A stretch of DNA of 64,000 nucleotides from positions 451,800 through 515,799 of the forward strand of contig JAUMYN010000001.1 of the NCBI GenBank assembly GCA_030528625.1, written 5' to 3'. The DNA comes from Candidatus Saccharimonadota bacterium (GTDB taxonomy: Bacteria > Patescibacteriota > Saccharimonadia > Saccharimonadales > Saccharimonadaceae). Under the pieces are notes generated by a model. The model was not told the origin of the DNA. It worked only from the letters and a program-made list of their open reading frames with translations, and did no database searches. This document shows, piece by piece, positions 18,341 through 28,765 of the stretch (its first letter is position 1; every line of letters begins with the position of its first letter). The translations under genes and the position numbers were made by a program.

Positions 18341-19195
18341 ATGAATACAGCACGATCACTCACTCGCCTCAGCATCCTCTTGCTGGGCGCCAACCTTATC
18401 GGTGTCAGCCTGATTGCCTTGAGTCAAAGCAGCCAGCTACTACCCGACACCTTCGATCCCTCGCGGCCGCACGAAACGTGGTGGTGCTGTATGAACCCGC
18501 CCGAAACCGCCAATCCGTGGCGCTGGCCGCTATTTATCACTGGTAGCCTCATACTGCTACTCAGCGCCGCCTGGGGAAGTTTTTATGCGCATCGCGGGCT
18601 ACGCCGGATGGTGGCACACACGCCGCCTACTCAGCAGTCAACGCACGCTGCCCGGCAGCGATTGCTTGAATGGCTCCTGCGCGCCCTACCGCTGACGCTA
18701 GTAATACTGACGATAGGCGGAGGTATTCTCATTGGTACACCGTTGGTTGATGCAATGCAGTCGGTAGTATTCAGCTTTCTAGCTGCACTACTGTTTTACA
18801 GCTCCCTATGGCTGGGACTGGTCGTCGGCTGCCTGGCAGTACCGCTGCTACTGGTGGTCGCCGTGAAACGCTGGCGGGCCGGTCAGCTGACAACACAGCA
18901 CTGGTCTCGCTGCAACGCGGTTGTCGGCACCTGGCTGATAGCAGGAACGCTGCTATTTCTACCGATGTCCTGGCTGCTGATGGAGTGGATTGCGCCGAAT
19001 CTCCACATCACCACCACAGCACGCGGCTACTATCCTCTTGATCTCTTGCTTTTCAATCGACTACCAGGGGCAGTCACGCTCTTTATTATGCCGTTGCTTT
19101 TACTGATCTATGGTCTCTCGCTATACATTGTCGCTCGGCGACTCACTCGCCCGACGCAGTCCGCTACACCGACAGCTGGAGATACGCCGTCATAA
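18341..19195 (+). CDS. polytopic membrane protein, unknown function
   Basis: 284 aa with at least 6 hydrophobic helices. Preceded by the extended -10 TGcTATACT and an AAGGAGG ribosome-binding site. Confidence 0.55.
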   Translation: MNTARSLTRLSILLLGANLIGVSLIALSQSSQLLPDTFDPSRPHETWWCCMNPPETANPWRWPLFITGSLILLLSAAWGSFYAHRGLRRMVAHTPPTQQSTHAARQRLLEWLLRALPLTLVILTIGGGILIGTPLVDAMQSVVFSFLAALLFYSSLWLGLVVGCLAVPLLLVVAVKRWRAGQLTTQHWSRCNAVVGTWLIAGTLLFLPMSWLLMEWIAPNLHITTTARGYYPLDLLLFNRLPGAVTLFIMPLLLLIYGLSLYIVARRLTRPTQSATPTAGDTPS

Positions 19196-20240
19196 ACTCA
19201 TCCAGCTTGCCATCTAGCACCCCTTGAGCGTCGCGATCCTCGTGCTTGGTGCGGGTGTCCTTCACCAGCGTGTACGGATGCAACACGTAGTTACGAATCT
19301 GGCTGCCCCAGTTGGCCGACTCGCCCGCTCTCAGATCAGCAATTGAGCTGGCATGCTGCTCCAGCTGCATGGCCAGCAGCTTGGAGCGGAGGATTTTCAG
19401 CGCTGTCTCTTTGTTTTGGATCTGGCTGCGCTCGTTTTGGATAGCCACGGTAATACCGGTCGGTAGGTGCGTCACCCGCACCGCCGAATCAGTGGTGTTC
19501 ACGCTCTGGCCGCCCTTGCCGCCACTGCGGTAGACGTCGATTTTCAGATCTGCCGGGTCAATGTCTACTTCATCCGGCGCATCAATTTTCGGTAGCACTT
19601 CCACCAGCGCAAAGCTAGTCTGGCGCAAATTATCAGCGTTAAACGGACTAAGGCGCACCAGTCGATGCACGCCGTTTTCCGAGCGAAGTTTCCCGTAGGC
19701 GAACGGCCCCGATACTTCCAACACCACGGTTTTTAGCCCGCCATCGTCATTGGTCGAGCGCTCCAGTACCTCTGTTTTCATGCCAGATTTTTCTGCCCAG
19801 CGTAGATACATCCGCTCCAGCATCTGCGCAAAATCCTGCGCGTCCAGCCCGCCCACGCCCGCCGAGATACGCACCACCGCCTCGCGGTTATCGTACTGCC
19901 CGCTAAACAGCAGATCGGTCTTGCGCCTGGCAAATTCTGCCTCCAATGCCGCCACTTGCGCCTCAAACTCTGGCAGCAGGTCATCATCGCCTAGCTCCAG
20001 CAACTCCAATAGATCAGCCAGCTGCACCCCCAGCGTCTGCCAGGGCTGCACCGTCTGGCGCAGACTAGCCGCCTTTTTGGCCACCGCTTGGGCGTGCTCG
20101 GGATTATGCCAAATCTCTGGCTGGTTCAGCTGCTCGTCCAGCGCCGCCATATCCGCAGACAGCGCATCAAACTGGAGCGCCACCTTAGCCTGGGCCACCT
20201 CCTCACGAAGCATCTGAATACGTTTTTTGAGCGGTTGCAT
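19164..20240 (-). CDS. prfB: peptide chain release factor 2
   Basis: SPF tripeptide (RLSPFNADN) and GGQ ([10 protein letters not shown]). The frame is continuous from the MQPLKKR Met, so no +1 frameshift site is needed. ORF track extends to 20363. Confidence 0.85.
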   Translation of the reverse strand: MQPLKKRIQMLREEVAQAKVALQFDALSADMAALDEQLNQPEIWHNPEHAQAVAKKAASLRQTVQPWQTLGVQLADLLELLELGDDDLLPEFEAQVAALEAEFARRKTDLLFSGQYDNREAVVRISAGVGGLDAQDFAQMLERMYLRWAEKSGMKTEVLERSTNDDGGLKTVVLEVSGPFAYGKLRSENGVHRLVRLSPFNADNLRQTSFALVEVLPKIDAPDEVDIDPADLKIDVYRSGGKGGQSVNTTDSAVRVTHLPTGITVAIQNERSQIQNKETALKILRSKLLAMQLEQHASSIADLRAGESANWGSQIRNYVLHPYTLVKDTRTKHEDRDAQGVLDGKLDEFMTAYLQLSV

Positions 20241-20270
20241 ATAGTTTATTATACCAGTTACAATGGAAGG

Positions 20271-20810
20271 ATGAATAATGATATTGAAAAAGTACTCTGC
20301 TCTACCGAGGAGATCCGTCAAGTAGTGAGTCGGCTGGGCGCACAGCTGACCGAGGAATATCAAGATAAAAACCCGCTAGTAGTCGGTATTTTGCGCGGCT
20401 CGGCGCCGTTTATGATGGATTTGGTGCGAGCGATGGACTGTTATTTGGAAATTGATTTTATGGATGTGTCGAGCTATGGCGATGAGCTGGAGTCGTCAGG
20501 CAATGTGCGCATTCTCAAAGACCTCGACACCGATGTAACGGGGCGACACGTGCTGTTGGTAGAAGATATTGTTGATTCGGGCCGAACGTTAGCAAAACTA
20601 CTAGAATTGTTTACTGCCCGCCATGCTGCCTCTGTCAAGGTTTGCACCCTACTTGACAAACCCGAGCGCCGCGTCGTCGATGTCCAGGCAGATTATGTCG
20701 GCCTCACCGTACCGAACGAATTTGTCGTCGGTTATGGTCTGGACTACCGCCAGCAGTACCGCAATCTGCCATATGTGGGAGTACTGAAAGCAGAAGTGTA
20801 TAACAACTAG
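20271..20810 (+). CDS. hpt: hypoxanthine phosphoribosyltransferase
   Basis: [18 protein letters not shown]-binding motif. 179 aa from ATG 20271, preceded by a GGAAGG ribosome-binding site. It is the internal start of ORF 20088..20810. Confidence 0.85.
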   Translation: MNNDIEKVLCSTEEIRQVVSRLGAQLTEEYQDKNPLVVGILRGSAPFMMDLVRAMDCYLEIDFMDVSSYGDELESSGNVRILKDLDTDVTGRHVLLVEDIVDSGRTLAKLLELFTARHAASVKVCTLLDKPERRVVDVQADYVGLTVPNEFVVGYGLDYRQQYRNLPYVGVLKAEVYNN

Positions 20811-20861
20811 ACCTACTTACCCACATCCATAGATCATGGCTGAAATATGGCTAGCGAGGCT

Positions 20862-22775
20862 CTACGAACCCTTCCGGGGAAATAGTCTTGAATTTAGGGT
20901 GCTGAGTATTTCATGTCGATATACTCTCCTTTTTAATTTTCCAAGGAGTCGACTATCCATCCCGTGTATCCCCCCAATCATGACGCGCGCATAATGCCTG
21001 GCGTCTCCTAGTAGCGTAATCCGACCAAAATTTTCCGGCGACGCATACCGCTCATAGAACTTTTCCGATACATCCAAAACTGCACCGATCTCTCGCGGCC
21101 ATACCACATTTTTAGGAGGAGAATCAAGACTAATAAGGAAGACCTCGCCGCCGATTCTTTCTGGGAACACAAGACGGCCCCTAACGCGCCAAAGATATAC
21201 GAGATCGAGGTTGCCGCCGACCTCTCGCGGCAAGACCAGGTCTTTAGCAGATTGAAGGTAGTAGAGATTGAGGTCGCCGCCGATTCTTTCTGGTAATTTC
21301 AGACCATCGACAAATCCGAGGCCCGAAAGATCGAGGTCGCCAGCGATACTTTTTGGCAAGACCAGGTCTTTAGTGGATTTGATGCGACACAGGTCGAGGC
21401 TGCCCTCGCAGTGCTCATACCCTCCGTCGCCAAATAGCCTTTTCAGATCTTCTGGCAGATTGCGCCGGCATCTAATCTTTAGCAATCTCAGATCCCGCCT
21501 TCCTCCAAATCCCTGCACCCTGCTCTCGACTTCGTATAGCCTCGCTAAATCATCCATCGAAAGCTCCATGTTCTCTTCGTCCCCCAGAGCAAGATGCCGA
21601 TCATACAGCGCAGTCAGCCACTTCATATCAGCAACTTTTTTGTAGTACTCAGCACCCCCTGGAAGCGTCTTTAGCTTCTCGGCAACTATATCAAGCATGG
21701 CAGGCTCTACTTCTTGGCCTGGCTCAATACCCCGCACTTCAGTAACAGCGCCATCCTCCATACGGATTGCAATACGCGGAATTGTATTATCGCCCTTCTC
21801 ATCCTGAGTATAATACACATAAAAATCACCCTTTGATAATTGATGCGCCGCTGTCCGCGTTCCTGCCGTACACCAGCCCGTACCCATGCTGCGCAATGAA
21901 TCAGTGAGCGCAATCACCGTAGAATTATCAACGAATGCATCATCAGTAAATTCACCATTAGCCCGCTGATAGTTCGGTGCATACCTTCCTTCGATCTGAT
22001 CATATTTTACCCATGAACCCTTTGTTATCTCGCGCAGTTCGAGTGAGCCGCCAACGCCAACCTCAGTGATCGCGTGAGCATATAGTTTTGCAAAATTACC
22101 CGCTTTCAAAAGTTGTTGCAGCCGGCCCTCAGACGGCTCACCTCTAATAACACCTGTATCAATAGCGTCATATACATATGCCAGCGCCTCGGCATTCAAC
22201 TCTGGCCATGGCGCGGTGGTTGATTTTGTGCGTTTCTTAAATTCACCCTTTTCTTTATCAAAATCACCCATCTTCCTGAGAGATTCCCAGACGTACACTT
22301 TAAACCAATCAGGGTAGACGTGGCCGTTCTCCTCGCTACGTAAATAATCAGCCCATTCGTTCAGACTCTCGGCCTGATCATTCCGCAGCCTTACAATCGC
22401 TTCATCTTTAGCGTCTTTAGTGAGTGCAATATCGCCGTGCCCGCGTTCCCTAGCAATGCGCTGTTGTAGTTGGAAGTGGGAATCAGGAACATTTTTTTCG
22501 TCAATAACTAGCCTGTCAATCTCCGCCCTGATAAAATCAGGATTACTGCTGGCAATACCAAAGTAGCCGCTCTCTAGCGCCTCGGCAACTTTTGCTTCAT
22601 TATTCCCTAGTTTACGAAGCTGCTGCGCTTCGCCGTTAATCGCGATAAGGCGCAGCACCCCCCCCCGCGAGGTTTTTGTCGAGAACGTCACCATAAAGCC
22701 GCTCACCAACTGGCGACTGAGCAATGAATTTTTCTGCGGTTGTTGGCTTTGGTGTGGATATTTCTGTCCGTACAA
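20862..22775 (-). CDS. large hypothetical protein with C-terminal leucine-rich-like tandem repeats
   Basis: 637 aa in a low-GC segment. The C-terminal region has about 19-aa repeats (LxLPxxIGGDLxLxxL), and the DNA shows direct repeats of ggcaagaccaggtctttag. A G9 homopolymer lies at codons 35-39. Confidence 0.6.
   Translation of the reverse strand: MYGQKYPHQSQQPQKNSLLSRQLVSGFMVTFSTKTSRGGVLRLIAINGEAQQLRKLGNNEAKVAEALESGYFGIASSNPDFIRAEIDRLVIDEKNVPDSHFQLQQRIARERGHGDIALTKDAKDEAIVRLRNDQAESLNEWADYLRSEENGHVYPDWFKVYVWESLRKMGDFDKEKGEFKKRTKSTTAPWPELNAEALAYVYDAIDTGVIRGEPSEGRLQQLLKAGNFAKLYAHAITEVGVGGSLELREITKGSWVKYDQIEGRYAPNYQRANGEFTDDAFVDNSTVIALTDSLRSMGTGWCTAGTRTAAHQLSKGDFYVYYTQDEKGDNTIPRIAIRMEDGAVTEVRGIEPGQEVEPAMLDIVAEKLKTLPGGAEYYKKVADMKWLTALYDRHLALGDEENMELSMDDLARLYEVESRVQGFGGRRDLRLLKIRCRRNLPEDLKRLFGDGGYEHCEGSLDLCRIKSTKDLVLPKSIAGDLDLSGLGFVDGLKLPERIGGDLNLYYLQSAKDLVLPREVGGNLDLVYLWRVRGRLVFPERIGGEVFLISLDSPPKNVVWPREIGAVLDVSEKFYERYASPENFGRITLLGDARHYARVMIGGIHGMDSRLLGKLKRRVYRHEILSTLNSRLFPRKGS
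22659..22667 (-). repeat. homopolymeric G9 (C9 on + strand) tract inside the 5' end of the 637-aa gene
   Basis: Read directly: gcagcaCCCCCCCCCgcgagg. Confidence 0.8.
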
Positions 22776-22921
22776 TTAACTTACTCATGTACTGACATGA
22801 TAGCATACTAAGGCTAAAAAGTCAAATCTACTTCCGCTGCGCGCTGCCAACAGCCTGAACACAGACCCCTCGGGCTGTATCGTTCCTCAAAATCAAATGG
22901 GGGCTATCCAAAGATAGAAAC

Positions 22922-24226
22922 CTATAGCGCTGCTACCGCCGCCACAAACTGCTCGCCGCGGTCAGTGTAGTTATTATACTGGTCAAAACTAGCGGCAGCA
23001 GGGCTGAGAATGACAACATCCCCAGGCTGAGCCAGATCGACAGCCGCGTGAACAGCCCCTGTCATGGAGATAGGGCCCTTTTGGACCATCGCTGCCTCCG
23101 GCAGCCCAGCCCGCCGCAGTAGCGCTGCAAGACGTGCAGCATTACTACCCACCAGCACCACACCCCTGAGTGAGTCAGACGCCACAAGTTCCTGGGCCAA
23201 TTCGCTATAGTCCGCCCCTTTATCGTGTCCGCCCAAAATCAGTACTTTTGGCTGATCAAACGCCCGCAGAGCAGCAATCGCACTGCCTGGCGTGGTTGAA
23301 ATGCTATCGTCATAAAACGCCACACCTTGCTTCTCGGCGACAAATTTCAGCCGATGCGACAAACCCGTAAAGGCGCCTAGCCCCTGCGCCACCGCCTCAT
23401 TACTCACCGATTCATCCAGCGCATACACCGCACTGATGGCCGCACACGCGTTCTCGATATTGTGCTGGCCCGCTATGCGTAGCGTATCGACCCCGCATAT
23501 AGCGCGGCCCTGAACAAAAAAAGTATTCGCTTGCACATACGCCGCACCATCATCCGCCACCCCGTAGCGCTGCTGCCGGGATGCACTGGACTGAGCGATC
23601 TGCGCCGCATATTGATTTGTCGGGTGATATACCACCGCGTCCTCTGGTCCCTGGTGCTGCACGATATGCTGCTTTGCTGCTACGTATTCCCCAAAGTCAG
23701 TATGCACATCCAGATGGTCAGGCTCGATCATCAGCACCACCGCGATGTGCGGCGAGGCCTCCAGATCCCACAGCTGAAAGCTACTCAGTTCATACACCAC
23801 CACATCCTCTGGCCGAATCTGATCCAGTACATCCAGCGCCGGCACACCGATATTACCCACCAAATGAACCGTCCGACCAGCCGCCCGCAGGATACTGGCG
23901 ATCAGGCTGCAGGTCGTCCCCTTACCCTTCGTCCCAGTCACGCCGATAATAGGCGCTGGACAGCGGGCAAAAAACTCGTTCGTAGCCGACCAGATCTTGC
24001 CTTTGGTGCGAATTTCCCGCGGCGGCAGACCCGCTGTTCGCACCACCAGATCGGCATCATCCAGCTGAGCAAACACCCGCTCACCCGTTAGTACCGTCAC
24101 ACCGTCTGGTGCGTCAGCTACCGGCCGCTGATCAGCAATACGCAGTGTTGCCTCAGGAAAACGACGCCGAAAATATGCTAGGTTTGATCGACCTTCGACC
24201 CCATACCCCGCGATGACGATATTCAT
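22922..24226 (-). CDS. murD: UDP-N-acetylmuramoylalanine--D-glutamate ligase
   Basis: The N-terminal MNIVIAGYGVEG Rossmann-like domain and the Mur-ligase P-loop GVTGTKGKGTT. 434 aa. Confidence 0.85.
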   Translation of the reverse strand: MNIVIAGYGVEGRSNLAYFRRRFPEATLRIADQRPVADAPDGVTVLTGERVFAQLDDADLVVRTAGLPPREIRTKGKIWSATNEFFARCPAPIIGVTGTKGKGTTCSLIASILRAAGRTVHLVGNIGVPALDVLDQIRPEDVVVYELSSFQLWDLEASPHIAVVLMIEPDHLDVHTDFGEYVAAKQHIVQHQGPEDAVVYHPTNQYAAQIAQSSASRQQRYGVADDGAAYVQANTFFVQGRAICGVDTLRIAGQHNIENACAAISAVYALDESVSNEAVAQGLGAFTGLSHRLKFVAEKQGVAFYDDSISTTPGSAIAALRAFDQPKVLILGGHDKGADYSELAQELVASDSLRGVVLVGSNAARLAALLRRAGLPEAAMVQKGPISMTGAVHAAVDLAQPGDVVILSPAAASFDQYNNYTDRGEQFVAAVAAL

Positions 24227-25503
24227 CAGAACAGCACTTCCAGTTTATCCTGCAGCCGCAACAACAGTTCCTTGTCGCCGCAGCTCACCCCAGCCAGCGC
24301 CCAGGTATTAGCCTGGAAAAACTCGCGCGCAGTCCGCACAATCTGCTCATCCGTCACCGCCAAAATAGCCGTCGGCACCCCGTGATAATCGCGCACCACG
24401 TCATCAGCAAAGTAGCGACCAGTGTAAAAACCGCTGATCTGGGCCACGGTCTGCGCCCCCATCTGATAGCGCCCCAGAGCGTACGATTTGGCATTTTCCA
24501 AGTCCTCAGCACTGATGGTACCAGCCAGCACTCGCTTGAGCTCCCGCACGATGATATCAAATAGCGCCTCGGCAGTCTCCAGATTCACCTGACCGCCAAA
24601 GTCCCACGCTGAATCAAAAAAGCCAGTTGTTTCATCACTGAATACGCCGTACGCCAGACCCTTCTTGCGCGCCGCCCCGAAGATACGCGAGCTCATGGTG
24701 CCAGTCAGGATATGATTGAGACACGACATAGCATCGCCCTCGGCATCGGTCATTTCGCGCGGCAAAATCATCGACCAGCCAAAGATCAGATTGGAACATT
24801 CCTTGCGCCGAATAAGCAGCGGCTTAGCGCTGGCGAGCGTCTCGTGCGGAATCGCAAAGCGCTCGCCCTCTGGCAACTCCCACTGATCCAGCATCTCCTT
24901 AATCTGCCCCTTGCGCCCAGTCAGCTTGCCGGCAATGATAAAGCGCATATTGTGCGAGGTGTGCGTCCGCTTGTGATGTTCGCGAATATCCTTCAGTGAA
25001 ATCGCCTCAATCGTCGCCAGGCGCTGCTTATCTGTCCAGATATCCTCGCCCAGCGCCTGCTGCATCCGCGACCACAGCACTCGGTTATGATTATTCAAAT
25101 AACCGGTCAGCTCAGAGCGGACATTGCCCTTTTCCGCTTCCAGTTCCTCGGCGTTAAAACGCGGCATAGTAATAGCCAAACGCTGCAAATCCAAAATTCG
25201 ATCCCATTCAAAGTCAGCGCAGGCCGCTTCATACACCATGGAATAATCAGAGGTATAGGCGTTGTGATAGGCGCCATTCTTCGTAAATTCCTGCTCGTAG
25301 GCATGATCGGAACGGTATTTTTCATTAGCCCCGAATGCCATATGCTCCATGATATGCGCCGTCTCATAGATGGCCTTGTCGCGCACATAGCGATTGCCGG
25401 CCCGAAACTGAAATTGAGTGCTCATCACGGTAGCATCCGGCACATCAATCAGCAGGCCGCGGGCACCGTTCTTGAGGGTGATTTCTTCGACTGTATGTTT
25501 CAT
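24226..25503 (-). CDS. M16 (pitrilysin/insulinase-like) zinc metallopeptidase
   Basis: HIMEHMAFG is the inverted HxxEH zinc-binding motif. 425 aa. Overlaps murD by 1 nt. Confidence 0.75.
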   Translation of the reverse strand: MKHTVEEITLKNGARGLLIDVPDATVMSTQFQFRAGNRYVRDKAIYETAHIMEHMAFGANEKYRSDHAYEQEFTKNGAYHNAYTSDYSMVYEAACADFEWDRILDLQRLAITMPRFNAEELEAEKGNVRSELTGYLNNHNRVLWSRMQQALGEDIWTDKQRLATIEAISLKDIREHHKRTHTSHNMRFIIAGKLTGRKGQIKEMLDQWELPEGERFAIPHETLASAKPLLIRRKECSNLIFGWSMILPREMTDAEGDAMSCLNHILTGTMSSRIFGAARKKGLAYGVFSDETTGFFDSAWDFGGQVNLETAEALFDIIVRELKRVLAGTISAEDLENAKSYALGRYQMGAQTVAQISGFYTGRYFADDVVRDYHGVPTAILAVTDEQIVRTAREFFQANTWALAGVSCGDKELLLRLQDKLEVLF

Positions 25504-25516
25504 CGCTCAGCTCTTT

Positions 25517-28147
25517 CTATCTGCGGTTCTTTTTGCGATTTTGCCGCTGGGCTTTTTTCTTCTTGCGAGCAGCGTTCTTGGCCCGGTTAGCATCACTGGT
25601 CGAAACGGCCTTTTTGACCGTGAAATCATCATCGCGATTAGCCTCGCCAGCCCCTAGTTCATTGACACCCCGCTCAACCGCTGACTCAGCCAACCGAGTC
25701 AGCTCGGTGTCGTATTCATCGTCCTGCGACTGCCGTACCACAGCGTCAGTCTTATGAATGTGAAAAATTGTGTTCAATACTTCGTTGCGCAAATTTTGCT
25801 GAAGACTGTCGAACAACTTTTGCGACTCAGCGCGGTATTCCACCAGCGGATCGCGCTGCCCGACACCGCGCCAGTGAATACCCTCGCGCAGGTGCTGCAT
25901 GTTCTCCAAATGTTGCATCCACAGCGTGTCCAGCACCGCCATGTAGACCTCGCGCTCCACGCCGCGTAGATCGTCCGCGCCAATTTCCTGCTCCTTGGCC
26001 GCATAAGCCTTTTCAGCCAGCGCCAACCCCTGGGCCAGGCGCGTTCGATCGCGCTTTTCCAGGCCAACCTTTTCGACATCGGTAGTGTCAACCGGGAACG
26101 TCATCTGAAACTCCTCAACAAAGCGCGGATTATTCTTGGTCGGCAGCGCCGTCAATTCCTTTACTTTTTCGTTCAAAAGACGCTGAATCTCTGGCCGAAT
26201 CGTGTCGCCCTCCAAAATCTTGCGGCGCATCGTATAGACCACGCGGCGATGCCGGTTAATCACGTTGTCATATTGCACCACGCTTTTGCGGGTGTCGAAG
26301 TGATAGCCCTCGACCCGCTTCTGGGCTGCTTCCAGCGTCTTTGAGACGGCGCGGTTTTGAATCGGCGTATCCTCGTCAACGCCTAGTCGATCCATCAAGG
26401 CGGCGATACGCTCGCCCTGGAAAATCCGCATCAAATCATCCTCAGTCGAGACATAGAACTGCGTCTCGCCTGGATCGCCCTGCCGACCGCCGCGGCCGCG
26501 CAGCTGATTGTCGATACGGCGCGACTCATGCCGCTCCGAGCCAATCACTACCAGGCCGCCCAGCTCTTTGACGCCCGGCCCCAGCTTGATGTCGGTACCA
26601 CGACCAGCGATATTGGTCGCCAGCGTAATCGCGCCCTTTTCACCCGCTTTGGCGATGATGGCCGCTTCGCGCTCGTTATTCTTGGCGTTCAAAATCTCGA
26701 AAGCGATGCCCTCTTTCTCAAGATAAGCAGCGATGAGCTCATTCTTGGCGATTGAACCCGAACCGACCAGTACTGGCCGGCCCTGCTTGTGGTACTCCTT
26801 GATGGCCTCGGCTACCGCCCGCAACTTAGCTTTTTCGGTCTTGAAAATCAAATCTTCCTTATCTTCGCGAATCACTGGCTTGTTCGGCGGAATTTGAATT
26901 ACATCCAACGAGTAAATTTGCTGGAATTCCTCGGCCTCAGTAAATGCCGTACCAGTCATACCACTCAGCTTCTTGTACAAACGAAAATAATTTTGGAAGG
27001 ACACGGTGGCCAGCGTCATGCTCTCTTGCAATACCGGGACGCCCTCTTTGGCTTCAATGGCCTGATGGAGCCCTTCGTTATAGCGCCGACCCTGCATCAG
27101 GCGGCCAGTGTGCTCGTCAACGATAATCACTTCGCCGTCATTCGTCACCACATAATCCTTGTCGCGCTTGAACAACGTTTGAGCGCGCAGCGCTTGGTCC
27201 ATGTGATAGACACTACGCACGTGATCAGGGGTGTATAAATTTTTTATTCCCAGTAGCTTTTGTACCTTCTCAACGCCTTGGTCAGTCAGCGCCACTTGGC
27301 GGCGCTTTTCTTCCAGCGCATAATCATCCGGGGTCAGCTTGGCGGCAATTTTAGCAAAGGTGTAGTAATTATCAGGATTTTCTGCTGCTGGCGCCGAGAT
27401 AATCAGTGGCGTGCGGGCCTCATCAATCAGAATTGAATCCACCTCGTCGACAATAGCAAAGTTCAGCTCGCGCTGGCGCAGCAAATCGACATCATTCACC
27501 ATGTTGTCGCGCAGATAATCAAAGCCGAACTCATTGTTGGTGCCGTAGGTAATATCAGCCGCGTAGGCCTCCTTGCGCGTCACTGGGCGAAGCTGGCGCA
27601 TCCGCGGGTCGTCATGCGCTTCGTTGTTGTACTCTTTGTCATAGATAAATGACGCTTCGTTGATAATCACACCGACGCTGAGACCGAGAAAATCAAACAT
27701 CGCGCCATTCCACCCAGCGTCGCGCTGTGCCAGATAATCATTCACCGTCACCACGTGGACGCCCTTGCCCTCCAGGGCATTGAGGTAACTTGGCAGCGTC
27801 GCCACCAGGGTTTTTCCCTCGCCGGTTTTCATCTCAGCCACATTGCCGTCATGCAGCGCCATGCCGCCAATTAACTGCACGTCAAACGGGCGCATCCCGA
27901 GTGTGCGATCAGCCGCCTCGCGCACCAGCGCAAAGGCATCTGGCAAAATGGTGTCTAGTGTGACGCCCTTTTTCTGGAGGCGCTTTTTGAGCACCGCGGT
28001 CTGAGCTGCCAGCTCCTCGTCGGACATTTTTTTGTAAGTCTCGGCCAAAGCATTGATCGCCTCAACTCGTTTTTGCAGGCGTTTAAGCAGCTTTTTCTGC
28101 GGATCGCCAAACACTTTACTCAGTGCTTTTTGTTGTGACATAGCCAT
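25517..28147 (-). CDS. secA: preprotein translocase ATPase SecA
   Basis: DEAD-like motor motifs (MKTGEGKTLVATL, DEVDSILIDEARTPLIIS) and a basic C-terminal tail. Start taken at MAMSQQKALSKVFGD, 14 nt after a GAGGGGA ribosome-binding site; the ORF extends to 28195. Confidence 0.9.
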   Translation of the reverse strand: MAMSQQKALSKVFGDPQKKLLKRLQKRVEAINALAETYKKMSDEELAAQTAVLKKRLQKKGVTLDTILPDAFALVREAADRTLGMRPFDVQLIGGMALHDGNVAEMKTGEGKTLVATLPSYLNALEGKGVHVVTVNDYLAQRDAGWNGAMFDFLGLSVGVIINEASFIYDKEYNNEAHDDPRMRQLRPVTRKEAYAADITYGTNNEFGFDYLRDNMVNDVDLLRQRELNFAIVDEVDSILIDEARTPLIISAPAAENPDNYYTFAKIAAKLTPDDYALEEKRRQVALTDQGVEKVQKLLGIKNLYTPDHVRSVYHMDQALRAQTLFKRDKDYVVTNDGEVIIVDEHTGRLMQGRRYNEGLHQAIEAKEGVPVLQESMTLATVSFQNYFRLYKKLSGMTGTAFTEAEEFQQIYSLDVIQIPPNKPVIREDKEDLIFKTEKAKLRAVAEAIKEYHKQGRPVLVGSGSIAKNELIAAYLEKEGIAFEILNAKNNEREAAIIAKAGEKGAITLATNIAGRGTDIKLGPGVKELGGLVVIGSERHESRRIDNQLRGRGGRQGDPGETQFYVSTEDDLMRIFQGERIAALMDRLGVDEDTPIQNRAVSKTLEAAQKRVEGYHFDTRKSVVQYDNVINRHRRVVYTMRRKILEGDTIRPEIQRLLNEKVKELTALPTKNNPRFVEEFQMTFPVDTTDVEKVGLEKRDRTRLAQGLALAEKAYAAKEQEIGADDLRGVEREVYMAVLDTLWMQHLENMQHLREGIHWRGVGQRDPLVEYRAESQKLFDSLQQNLRNEVLNTIFHIHKTDAVVRQSQDDEYDTELTRLAESAVERGVNELGAGEANRDDDFTVKKAVSTSDANRAKNAARKKKKAQRQNRKKNRR

Positions 28148-28228
28148 ATCGTTACCATCCCCTCGCTTTCGGACAATTTGCAAAACTGTAGTCAATTATA
28201 CCGCGAAAAGCGAGAAAATTAAAGGGTT

Positions 28229-28489
28229 TTAGCCGTACAATTGACTGTGCGTGCCGATGAACGCAAAAATTACCAAATTGTCACCATCCCAACGATACAG
28301 CGCTCGCAGGTCGCCGTTGACGTTCATACTCCAGTAGCCAATAAATTTTCCCTTTAGCGGATGAACTCTCAACTGTGGCGAGGTTGGATCAAGCATAAAT
28401 AGCCGCAGCCGGTCATCAAATTGCCGCTGAAACTTTGCTGGCAGCAACTTGTACTGTTTTTTGAATGATTTTAGGTAGCGAATACGCAT
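28229..28489 (-). CDS. RelE/YafQ-family type II toxin (mRNA interferase)
   Basis: 86 aa. KKQYKLLPAKFQ...LFMLDPTSPQLRVHPLKG...YRWDGDNLVIFAFIGTHSQLY fits the RelE/ParE fold. It sits downstream of a small RHH-like ORF. Confidence 0.75.
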   Translation of the reverse strand: MRIRYLKSFKKQYKLLPAKFQRQFDDRLRLFMLDPTSPQLRVHPLKGKFIGYWSMNVNGDLRALYRWDGDNLVIFAFIGTHSQLYG

Positions 28490-28495
28490 ACCAAA

Positions 28496-28765
28496 CTACC
28501 TCTTGAGACCTGCCAAGAAATCATCGGCCGAAGTAAACTCCGGACTAATATCACCAGCCGCAATTTCTGCCTCCAACCTGGCGACCAGCTGCTCCATCTG
28601 CGGCGTCATCGGCTCGGGCGCAAACAGTTCAATGCGCCGCGTTGCCACCACCTGCGTTAAATAGCTATTGATTAGCCCGCTCAGTGTCAAACCAGCACTT
28701 TTAGCAACCTCTTGCGCTTGACGCTTAACATCAGCATCTAGTTTTATACTTGTCGTAACATTCAT
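28496..28765 (-). CDS. RelB/DinJ-family antitoxin
   Basis: 89 aa. The N-terminal TTSIKLDADVKRQAQEVAKSAGLTLSGLINSYL is a ribbon-helix-helix DinJ-like motif. It sits 6 nt upstream of the toxin. Confidence 0.7.
   Translation of the reverse strand: MNVTTSIKLDADVKRQAQEVAKSAGLTLSGLINSYLTQVVATRRIELFAPEPMTPQMEQLVARLEAEIAAGDISPEFTSADDFLAGLKR

Noticed and set aside
19164-20363. Possible programmed +1 frameshift in prfB
   Set aside because: The RF2 reading frame is continuous from Met 20240 through the SPF and GGQ motifs. No in-frame stop or CUU UGA C-type shift site is needed. The extra 41 N-terminal codons in the ORF track are just upstream read-through to an earlier ATG.
22776-22921. 146-bp gap between the LRR-like gene and murD as a possible ncRNA
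   Set aside because: It contains only a weak 3-5-bp hairpin (cagcc...ggctg) and has no conserved RNA motif I recognise. It is more likely a promoter region for the 637-aa gene plus the murD 3' UTR.
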